From Polyangiaceae bacterium (GTDB lineage Bacteria; Myxococcota_A; Polyangia; Polyangiales; Polyangiaceae): 64,000 nt of DNA. The stretch spans positions 32,001 through 96,000 of the forward strand of contig JANRKO010000062.1 of NCBI GenBank assembly GCA_033763455.1. The letters are read 5' to 3'. The notes under the pieces were generated by a model, which had not been told where the DNA came from, did no database searches, and saw only the letters and a list, made by a program, of their open reading frames with translations. Positions 56,608-64,000 of this stretch are shown piece by piece. Positions within the stretch are counted from its first letter, which is position 1; every line of letters begins with the position of its first letter. The position numbers and the translations under genes are program-made.

Positions 56608-57771
56608 TCACAATGGGACGCGGAACGAGGGTACAGCGTTGCGCCGAAAGTGAGAAGGCGTTTGCTTCAGGACCCTGCGAAACGCCACCTGCAATTGGCG
56701 AACTTTTCCAAAACCACTTCGGTAGGCTACATTCTCCATACCGAGCTCGCTTTCGGCCAGCAGGCGCTCGGCCTCTTCGAGGCGAAAGCGGAGCCAGGCC
56801 TGGGCCGGCGAGATGCCGATCGATTCTCTGAACTTTCGCTCCAGAGTTCGGCGTGAGCAGCCAATGGTGTCGAAAAGCTCGCGTAGGCAGTTTTCGTCCG
56901 TGGCGTTTGCTTGCAAGTGGATCAGAGCTCGCGCAACCGACGGGTCACCTGCAGCAATGGCCTCCGTTGAGCGCCGGGTAACGACTCGAATGGGGGGCAA
57001 CCGAATGTGCTCGGCCGGGGCTCCCTCAAGGGCCATCCGCTCAAGGAGGTTCGCAGCCACGTAGCCGCTGCGTTCACCAGCTATTTGCACGCTACTCAAC
57101 GAAGGAGCCGCCAACGCGCAGACGGGGACGTCGTTGTCGACACCTAGGAGCGCAATCTGCTCTGGGACGGAAATCCCCAGCTCTCTGCACAATTCCGTTG
57201 CGGACAGCGCCGCATTGTCCGAGGCGCACAGGACGGCGGCTGGTTGGGGCAGGCTCAGAAGCCAACTTCTTAGCTCCTCCAGCTCACGGGTGAGCGAGCC
57301 GGTGCTGGCATAGGACGGATGGCTTGGTGTTGCCGACGTGACAGCCACCTGACACTCATGCCCGAGCTTGCGAAGCGCTGTCTGAAATTCACGGCAGCGA
57401 GCGTCGACCGCGCCTTCAACAGTGGCATAGTACCCGAAGTGTCGGTAGCCGCGCCCCATGAAGTAACCTGCCGCCATCTTGCCGATTGCCGATTCGTCGT
57501 TATCGACGGATCCCACGCCGGGGGACGTAGGCGCTTCGCCGAAACACACAAGAGGGATTTGGGCGCGTTGGATCAGACCTAGACATTTCGCATCTAGATG
57601 TTTGCCTAAGATGCCATCAGGAGTTACCTGCAACAGCCGTTCAATACCTGACACGCTCGGGCTTTCCCAAGTAAATACCCACGGTTTGCTCGGTCGCGCA
57701 TAGGCCGCGATCCCCCGCAGAAACATCTCGCTTGGGCCGCCCCGGCGGTCCATCGCCAAACCTACGTGCAT
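56608..57771 (-). CDS. XylR-like regulator (LacI-type sugar-binding domain + AraC HTH)
   Basis: LRGIA.YA, WL.SLP.P.AV, VPEQIA.LGVDND, LSSV, VVTRRST, SRRTLERKF. Start trimmed to 57771. Confidence 0.88.
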   Translation of the reverse strand: MHVGLAMDRRGGPSEMFLRGIAAYARPSKPWVFTWESPSVSGIERLLQVTPDGILGKHLDAKCLGLIQRAQIPLVCFGEAPTSPGVGSVDNDESAIGKMAAGYFMGRGYRHFGYYATVEGAVDARCREFQTALRKLGHECQVAVTSATPSHPSYASTGSLTRELEELRSWLLSLPQPAAVLCASDNAALSATELCRELGISVPEQIALLGVDNDVPVCALAAPSLSSVQIAGERSGYVAANLLERMALEGAPAEHIRLPPIRVVTRRSTEAIAAGDPSVARALIHLQANATDENCLRELFDTIGCSRRTLERKFRESIGISPAQAWLRFRLEEAERLLAESELGMENVAYRSGFGKVRQLQVAFRRVLKQTPSHFRRNAVPSFRVPL

Positions 57772-57820
57772 CGTAGCTCGCAATCGGTTGTGTCGCGAAC
57801 AGCCGCATTCCTCACAAACA

Positions 57821-57858
57821 CTGGCGCAAGTATGAAGGCCCGCCGCCGGTTGCGCCAG
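57821..57858. promoter_or_regulatory. Inverted repeat in the divergent xylR-like / DUF1592 promoter region
   Basis: CTGGCGCAA-N20-TTGCGCCAG, with related TGTCGC(G/A)A copies at ~57791 and ~57928. Confidence 0.4.
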
Positions 57859-58071
57859 CAGCGCAGAAGTTCTCGCACAGAAGTAGAAAAACACTGGCAC
57901 TTTCTCGAGCCACCCGACGCTACGGCGTGTCGCAAATGCACGCACGAAAGTCGGCAACCGGGCTTGTTTGGCATTAGTTGGCCCCGTAGATTGCCTATTA
58001 TCGACACGAACCTGTCGGCCTTTTGGCGCCGAATAACGGGCGTCCAACTGTCTATTTGGAGAACCGCACCC

Positions 58072-59829
58072 ATGCGCTACGCGTACCGCGACTACACGAG
58101 CAGCTCGACCCTGCCGGGAGCCAAAGGCTCGCATGCATTGCTCCCCTCATTGCTAGGTTGCTGTCTTCTGCTGGCCGCGGGCTGCGCCAACGAGGCAGAG
58201 AGGGGGCCGGGCCGAAGTCCTTTAGGTCCGGCTACGCCAGCGGTGGGCGACCCAACTTCGATGCCCGGCGGCATGCCAAGTGGAACTCCAGGCCCAGGCC
58301 CAGGTCCAGGGGTTGTCGCTCCCGGCATGGTGCCGGTACCCGCCGGCGCGGTGGTGGGACCTGCGCTCGCGCGTCGGCTCACCAATGTGGAGTTCCTGAA
58401 CACGATCCAGGATCTTCTTCACCCGCAGGCTCCTCCCTCCGCCAGCCTCACGCCCGACACGCTGACGCGCGGGTTCGATAACCTGAGCGGATCCTTGCTG
58501 GTGCCTCCGTCAACTGCGTTTGCGTACGCGGAGTTTGCCGCCGAACAGGCGAAGTCGTTTCAGGTACCCGCGTGCGCCGCGCCCGCAGCGGAGGCGGACT
58601 GTGCGCAATCGTTCATTGCAAGCTTCGGCAAGTTGGCGTTTCGTCGTCCCCTCACCGCTGAGCAGTCGGCGCAGTACCTAGCTCTCTATACTGACCAAAA
58701 GGGTCGGAGCGATCACGCGGGGGGCATTCGGCAGGTGGTGCAGACGATGCTGCAGTCACCGTACTTCTTGTATCGTTACGAGAACGGCACCGAGGGCGCC
58801 CAGCGGACGCTCACGCAGCATGAGATTGCGAGCCAACTCTCGTACTTCTTGACGGCCACCATGCCCGATTCAGATCTGTTCCAAGCAGCGGATAACGGCC
58901 AGCTCTCCAGCGTAGAGCAGATCACCGCACAGGCGCAGCGCCTCTTGGGCAGCGAGAAGGCAAAGCCGGCAATACGTCGGTTCGTACTGGGGTTTTCGGA
59001 GCTCCTTGCCTTCGATCGAGTGGTCAAAGACAACGCCACCTATCCTGAGTTCACGGCCAAGCTTTCCGGAGCAATGCTGGAAGAGACCAGTCGCTTCATC
59101 GATGAGGTGCTGTGGCAAGGCGACGGCACTTACTCCACCCTCTTCTCGGCGCCCTATTCGTTCATCAATAGCGATCTCGCACCGTTCTACGGAGTGGCGG
59201 ATCCCGGGCAGGGCGGCACGTTCGTCAAGACCAATCTCCCGGGCACAGAGCGTCTCGGTCTCTTGACGCAGGCATCGGTCCTTGCGAGTCACGCAAAGCC
59301 GGGTGAATCCTCGCCCATTCATCGAGGGAAGTTCGTGCGCGTCGCGCTGCTTTGCCAGAACCTGCCAGCACCGCCCGCAGTTGTGCCAAAGCTCCCACCA
59401 CCTTCCCCGAATCTGACCACTCGTGAGCGCATCACGCAGCATTCAGCAGATCCCGCGTGTTCAGGCTGCCACCAACTGATCGATCCCATTGGGTTCGGAC
59501 TCGAAAACTACGACGGCATTGGTAAGTTCCGTACAGTTGAAAGCGGCATGCCCGTCAATGCGGCGGGCGCGTTCACCAGCACTTCGGACCTCAATGGCGC
59601 ATTCGTGGGGGGAACTGAGCTCGCCGCCAAGCTGGCGGCCAGTCGAGAGGCTCAGCAGTGCTTGGCCCAACGCGCTTACGGCTGGGCTTTCGGGCGCTCG
59701 GTGCTCGACCAAGAACTTCCCAAGCTCGCGGAGTTGCTCGGCCCGTTGTCGCAGTCTGGTTTGAATATCAAAGAGGTCATGTTGGCCATCACACGCGCCG
59801 ATAATTTCAGGTTTCGGTCATTCGAATGA
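58072..59829 (+). CDS. DUF1587/1595/1592/1588/1585-type lipoprotein with CxxCH
   Basis: Lipobox AAGC, RRLT..E..NTI.DL, AFRRPL, SPYFLYR.E, SSPIHRG and CSGCH..IDP.GFGLE.YD.IG. Confidence 0.88.
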   Translation: MRYAYRDYTSSSTLPGAKGSHALLPSLLGCCLLLAAGCANEAERGPGRSPLGPATPAVGDPTSMPGGMPSGTPGPGPGPGVVAPGMVPVPAGAVVGPALARRLTNVEFLNTIQDLLHPQAPPSASLTPDTLTRGFDNLSGSLLVPPSTAFAYAEFAAEQAKSFQVPACAAPAAEADCAQSFIASFGKLAFRRPLTAEQSAQYLALYTDQKGRSDHAGGIRQVVQTMLQSPYFLYRYENGTEGAQRTLTQHEIASQLSYFLTATMPDSDLFQAADNGQLSSVEQITAQAQRLLGSEKAKPAIRRFVLGFSELLAFDRVVKDNATYPEFTAKLSGAMLEETSRFIDEVLWQGDGTYSTLFSAPYSFINSDLAPFYGVADPGQGGTFVKTNLPGTERLGLLTQASVLASHAKPGESSPIHRGKFVRVALLCQNLPAPPAVVPKLPPPSPNLTTRERITQHSADPACSGCHQLIDPIGFGLENYDGIGKFRTVESGMPVNAAGAFTSTSDLNGAFVGGTELAAKLAASREAQQCLAQRAYGWAFGRSVLDQELPKLAELLGPLSQSGLNIKEVMLAITRADNFRFRSFE

Positions 59830-59866
59830 TCACGCCGCGCAAGCTTCCCCGTAGAAAGGAAACCAC

Positions 59867-61279
59867 ATGATTTCTCGCGCAGTCCTGAAACGACGCTCAC
59901 TCTTGAAGCAGCTAGGTGCCTCGGCATTCCTTGCGATTCCAGTGTTCCGCTCGGTCATCGCTGAGGCTCAGGCAACCGCGCCTAAGCGATTGGTCTTGTT
60001 TCACTTTCCAAGCGGAGTGAGCACGAAGCAACTAGGAATGGAGGAGACGGTCAAGAACTCAACTTGGGACTATGACTACGTTCTCCAGGGTCTCAAAGAG
60101 ATCCAGTCTGACGTCATTGTTTTTCAGAACATGACGCATCCCACGGGTGATATTGTAAGCTCGTTCAACGAACTCGAAGGTCACGGGGGTGGCATGCGGA
60201 CAATGTTCACTGGCAGCACCGACCATGCTTCTACCGAAATTGTCCCAGTATCCCAGGCCTACGGAAAAACATCCTCGATCGATCAGCTAGTGGCCAATGC
60301 GCTCCAGCCGACGACGCAGTTTGGCTCACTGCAGCTGGGGGTGATCACTACCGCCAACGGTACCGCAGAAGGTCGGCGTTGTATCTTCAACAACGGGACT
60401 CACCTGGAGCCTGTGGAGGATCCCCAAGCCGTATTCTCTCGGCTATTCCCTAGTGGAGCGGCAGCGCCAGCCCCTTCCAGCACCATGGCGCCCGATCCTA
60501 ATGCGACAGCAGAGCTTCTGGCTGTTTACCAGCAGGGCAAGAGCCGTTTGGATCAGTTGAAAGCTGAGTTAGAAGCCGTTCGCAGTATCGTTTCCACCGA
60601 GGAGCGAGCCAAGTTCGACCTGCACCTGACGTCACTGCGCGAGCTTGAAAATGCCCTACCTCGGGTTGGGGGCTCTGGGGGCATTTCTCAAGGCGTGACC
60701 TGCCAAGCACCCAACATCGGCGGCATCCAAGGAACCCAGAAGAACGCGCCTGAATATTACAGTGTGGACTTCATTCAGCAGTTGGGGCCAGTCATGCAGG
60801 AGCTGGCCTATCAGGCCATCAACTGCGATTTGAGCCGCATCGTGAGCTTCCAATGGCTCTCCACGGGAGACAACAGCATCTTCCCTTTCCTCGGCATCAA
60901 AGACACTCATCACCACCTAGAGCACGGGTGGGGTGGGGGCGCGGGGATCAAAGGGGATTACGACAAGATCCAGACATGGCTCATGGATCAGATCTCTATG
61001 TTCATCAAACGCCTGCGCATGACACCTGAGAGCAACGGCAACATGCTGGACAACAGCGTGGTTCTCGTAGCCTCTGAGATGTGGGGTGGTCACGGCCACC
61101 AGGAGTACATCGGGCTGGTGGCTGGCAAGGGCGGTGGTGCCATCCGCCCAGGGCGTGTGTTGGACGCCGGAGGTCGGTCGAACAATGATCTGCTGGTTAC
61201 CATCGCCAACGCGATGGGCGTTAACGTGAACAGCGTGGGCGACCCGATGTACTGCGCCGGGCCAATCGATCTAAGTTGA
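59867..61279 (+). CDS. DUF1552 family protein (Tat-like signal)
   Basis: KRRSLLK signal, PKRLV, SIDQ.VA, HL.SLRELE, HHHLEH and LDNS.V...SE. Confidence 0.88.
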   Translation: MISRAVLKRRSLLKQLGASAFLAIPVFRSVIAEAQATAPKRLVLFHFPSGVSTKQLGMEETVKNSTWDYDYVLQGLKEIQSDVIVFQNMTHPTGDIVSSFNELEGHGGGMRTMFTGSTDHASTEIVPVSQAYGKTSSIDQLVANALQPTTQFGSLQLGVITTANGTAEGRRCIFNNGTHLEPVEDPQAVFSRLFPSGAAAPAPSSTMAPDPNATAELLAVYQQGKSRLDQLKAELEAVRSIVSTEERAKFDLHLTSLRELENALPRVGGSGGISQGVTCQAPNIGGIQGTQKNAPEYYSVDFIQQLGPVMQELAYQAINCDLSRIVSFQWLSTGDNSIFPFLGIKDTHHHLEHGWGGGAGIKGDYDKIQTWLMDQISMFIKRLRMTPESNGNMLDNSVVLVASEMWGGHGHQEYIGLVAGKGGGAIRPGRVLDAGGRSNNDLLVTIANAMGVNVNSVGDPMYCAGPIDLS

Positions 61280-61354
61280 GGACAGTCGAGCTTGCTGCAA
61301 CAACCACGACCCGTGGCAACGCCGCTCACGGTATCTGACGTGGGGCCCTCGTAC

Positions 61355-62680
61355 CTACGGGTTCCGTGATTCAAGCCCGTTCGAGATAGCGCTGTGAAGG
61401 GCGGTGAGGCTGCGAGCGCAGTCGTGGGTGAGCGGATTATCTGTGCGGCGCACATACCCACCCAACAATGACGTGAGTTGTGCTTTGGTGCGTACGAGCT
61501 TCTGTTGGCTGAAGAAAATGTCCGGGAGCATTCCCGAGTACCAACCTTCCACCAGGCCGCGGAAGACGGATACGGCCTGCCCCATGGGCACTGTGTACTC
61601 GGCATCCCAATCTACGGGCTGCCCCGAGAGTGCTCGGTGAATAAGCTCCGCTGAGATGGTTGCCGATTCGAGCGCCAGAGTAACGCCCGAGGAAAAAACA
61701 GGATCGAGGAAGTCCCCCGCGTTTCCAGCTACCGCCCAGCGGTCCCCATGCAAGCGGTGGTTCTTTGTGGAATATTCGCGCAGGATCTGCGGCGGCAGCA
61801 CAGGAACTGCCTGAGATAGCCGCAACTGGGCGTTTGGATCGCGGCGGAGCTGGCTGAGCAGGCGCTCAAGCGGGGTACCCGGCAAGCTTTCCCAATATTC
61901 CGGGTCACACACCATGCCGACGGACGTACGCCCGTTGGAAAATGGGATGAGCCACAGCCAACCGTTGTTGGGGTGACAGCAAACCCAAATGTCCCCCTCA
62001 TCGGAGCTCGGGCGGGCGTCCCCCTCGAAGTGCGTAAAACATGCCACCCGGTGAGGAAGCCCTGTAGCCACGTCTAGCTTAAGGAGGCGAGCCAAGACGC
62101 GCCCGTAGCCGCTGCAATCCAAGACCCAACGCGCACGAAGGTTGGAGCTTCGGTTCCTCCAAGTGTCTTCGACCACAGCCGTAACCCCATCGTGATCGAA
62201 AGCTACCTCCTTCACCTCCTGCCCAAAACGCAGATCCACGCCTTGCCGTCGTGCTTCACTGGCTAACGTCTGATCGAAATCATCTCGCGGTACCTGGTAG
62301 GTGGTAGGGAGGTCCCCCGCGAGTCCGTCGGCGAAGGCAAAACGCTCGCGCTCTTGACCACGCAGAAAGTATGCAGCCTTCTTAACCATGTAGCCGCGCC
62401 GCTCGACAGCGCCGAGGAGGCCCAGCTGCCCGAGCAACGCGTTCGCTCGCGGGAGTAGAGATTCCCCCACCACTTGTCGCGGAAAATGCCCCCGTTCCAA
62501 GCAAACGACACGGTGCCCTTTAGCCACGAGGGCGACAGATGCCGCTGATCCCGCAGGCCCCGCCCCGATCACGATCACGTCCGCCCTGTCTTCCTCTACG
62601 GTGTTCGTCACAGGTTGAGTGGTTAGGCTCCGAATTGAGTTAGAGGCAAGCGATTTTCGCTTGCGGGGGTAGGGCTCCAT
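61355..62680 (-). CDS. FAD-dependent halogenase-like oxidoreductase (aryl polyene/flexirubin-associated type)
   Basis: GAGPAG, FPR..VGESLLP, GY.VK, QVPR..FD, WLWLIP and GNA..FLDPVFSSG. Start could be 62680 or 62611. Confidence 0.85.
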   Translation of the reverse strand: MEPYPRKRKSLASNSIRSLTTQPVTNTVEEDRADVIVIGAGPAGSAASVALVAKGHRVVCLERGHFPRQVVGESLLPRANALLGQLGLLGAVERRGYMVKKAAYFLRGQERERFAFADGLAGDLPTTYQVPRDDFDQTLASEARRQGVDLRFGQEVKEVAFDHDGVTAVVEDTWRNRSSNLRARWVLDCSGYGRVLARLLKLDVATGLPHRVACFTHFEGDARPSSDEGDIWVCCHPNNGWLWLIPFSNGRTSVGMVCDPEYWESLPGTPLERLLSQLRRDPNAQLRLSQAVPVLPPQILREYSTKNHRLHGDRWAVAGNAGDFLDPVFSSGVTLALESATISAELIHRALSGQPVDWDAEYTVPMGQAVSVFRGLVEGWYSGMLPDIFFSQQKLVRTKAQLTSLLGGYVRRTDNPLTHDCARSLTALHSAISNGLESRNP

Positions 62681-62691
62681 CGGCACACTCG

Positions 62692-63591
62692 TTGGCTGAG
62701 ATCGCAATGGTGACGCTTCGTGGGTGGTTTGGGCGTACGCTGCAATTGCTGAGGATCTTGCTGTGTGGGCTGGCGTTTGTTGGGTTTGGGGTCGGCGGGG
62801 TTCTCTTGGCATGGTGTGTGTTGCCGCTAGTGGCTTTGTGGCCAGGCGGAGCTTTTGAGCGCCGTCAGCTCTGCCAGCGTCTGGTTCGCGGCGCTTGGAT
62901 CGTGTTTCACGACTATATGAGGCTTACCGGTCTGGTGGCGTTCAACCATCGGCAGGTGGAGCTGCATGTAGAGCATCCGTCGGTGATTATCGCCAACCAT
63001 CCAACATTGGTTGATATTACGGCGCTGGGTTCGGCACTTGGTGCGGTGTGTTTTGTTGCAAAGCGGCCACTCTTCAAAAACCCCGTTTTTGGCCCCCTGT
63101 TGAGGGTGTGCGGACACATTTGTGGTGCCGAGCGTGACGTCGCGGAGGCAGACGGCGCTTTTGCCCAAGCTCTCCTGCGGCTCAGCGAAGGGCACAGCGT
63201 CTTGTTGTTTCCAGAGGGCACTCGGTCGCCCGTCCATGGCCTCAGGCGCTTTCGCATCGGAGCCTTTGAGCTCGCTCGCCGGGCACGCGTGCCCCTCGTG
63301 GTCATCGGGATCAGCGCCGAGCCGCGCGCCCTCAGCAAAGGTACCCCATGGTACAGAATCCCCAAGGTAGCCATGCGGCTTCAGCTTTGGCCGCTGCTCA
63401 CGTTCGACAACTGGGACGCCGTGCCAGGCCTGGAGTCGCTTTCTGAGCTAAGAACGCGCGTGCGGGAGCTCTTGTGGGAGCGCACGGTTATGCCGGTAAA
63501 AGCTGGGAGCAACGAGCCGGGGCCGGGATCCGGAGCTGCAAATTTTCAACACACGGAGGCCATTTTGGATATAGAGAAAGCCATCCCGTGA
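62692..63591 (+). CDS. PlsC-like acyltransferase (ApeD-like)
   Basis: IANHPTLVD, FPEGTRS and LSKG.PWY.IP. Start is uncertain. Confidence 0.85.
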   Translation: MAEIAMVTLRGWFGRTLQLLRILLCGLAFVGFGVGGVLLAWCVLPLVALWPGGAFERRQLCQRLVRGAWIVFHDYMRLTGLVAFNHRQVELHVEHPSVIIANHPTLVDITALGSALGAVCFVAKRPLFKNPVFGPLLRVCGHICGAERDVAEADGAFAQALLRLSEGHSVLLFPEGTRSPVHGLRRFRIGAFELARRARVPLVVIGISAEPRALSKGTPWYRIPKVAMRLQLWPLLTFDNWDAVPGLESLSELRTRVRELLWERTVMPVKAGSNEPGPGSGAANFQHTEAILDIEKAIP

Positions 63592-63893
63592 CCCTAGAAG
63601 AACTAGAATCAGAGCTTCGAACGCTCATCGTTGAGGCGCTCATGTTGAAAGATACCACGCCCGAGGAAATCGAGCCGACGGCGCCACTTTTCTTTCAAGG
63701 CCTAGGCCTGGATTCCATTGATGCGCTGGAGCTCTCGATTGCGATTGAAGGGCGCTGGGGCTTCAAAATAGAAACGGACGACGCTGAAGCTCGAAAGTCC
63801 TTCGCCTCGGTGCGCACCCTGGCCGCCTTCATTTGGGCAAACATCCAAGCCAACGCGGGTTCCGAACCTTTGACCACCACGCACCGCTCATGA
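63588..63893 (+). CDS. Acyl carrier protein (ApeE-like)
   Basis: APLF..GLGLDSIDALEL...F.SV..LA. GTGA overlap with the acyltransferase stop. Confidence 0.9.
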   Translation: MTLEELESELRTLIVEALMLKDTTPEEIEPTAPLFFQGLGLDSIDALELSIAIEGRWGFKIETDDAEARKSFASVRTLAAFIWANIQANAGSEPLTTTHRS

Positions 63894-64000
63894 CCCAGCC
63901 TGAAATCCTCGCCCACGTACAAAAGTTGATGGTTGAACTGTTTGAACTCTCACCCGCGCAAGTCACGCCTGAGGCGCACCTCGTCAACGATTTGGACTTG
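63890..64000 (+). CDS. Second acyl carrier protein (ApeF-like), truncated by the window end
   Basis: MTQPEILAHVQKLMVELFELSPAQVTPEAHLVNDLDL..., ATGA overlap. Not listed in the ORF track. Confidence 0.8.
   Translation, partial: MTQPEILAHVQKLMVELFELSPAQVTPEAHLVNDLDL

Noticed and set aside
57766..58134. Apparent overlap of the XylR-like and DUF1592 ORFs
   Set aside because: Both ORFs are over-extended. Realistic starts (57771 minus, 58072 plus) leave a ~300-bp divergent promoter region.
1..64000. CRISPR arrays, IS elements, prophage, rRNA/tRNA
   Set aside because: No regularly spaced repeats, transposase/integrase ORFs or structural RNA signatures were seen by eye.

Overview
Gene-dense, moderately GC-rich bacterial chromosome segment. 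The gene content points to Myxococcota (Polyangiaceae-like): lipoproteins with long Gly/Ser linkers, a MYXO-CTERM-type anchor, DUF2330, a DUF1592/DUF1552 pair and MopE-like Cys repeats. This taxonomy is inferred from gene content only. I saw no rRNA, tRNA, CRISPR array or transposase. About 53 CDS can be supported. The main blocks are: (i) 5.4-12.7 kb, an operon for a phospho-ulosonate (NeuB/KdsC/SpsF-like) sugar with an SDR, a class III aminotransferase, an orphan GT-B protein, a flippase-like membrane protein and a lipid hydroxylase, facing a desaturase plus fused transketolase; probably an uncharacterised amino-ulosonate glycolipid pathway; (ii) 15.9-21.4 kb, DUF2330 divergent from a lipoprotein and a beta-propeller/vanadium haloperoxidase fusion, with back-to-back sigma54-type promoters; (iii) 25.0-28.7 kb, a His/Cys-rich DUF2946/CruR-like leader ORF ending APKTSPP, upstream of an outer-membrane protein plus metal ABC binding protein and permease with no ATPase; a candidate metal-sensing ribosome-arrest system; (iv) housekeeping genes (csp, lemA/TPM, glgP, four helicases, tsaA); (v) GT41 and FkbM; two AraC-type regulators beside DUF1592/DUF1552; and (vi) the start of an aryl-polyene-like cluster (halogenase-like flavoprotein, acyltransferase, two ACPs) running off the right edge. 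All family calls come from motif recognition by eye, not database searches.
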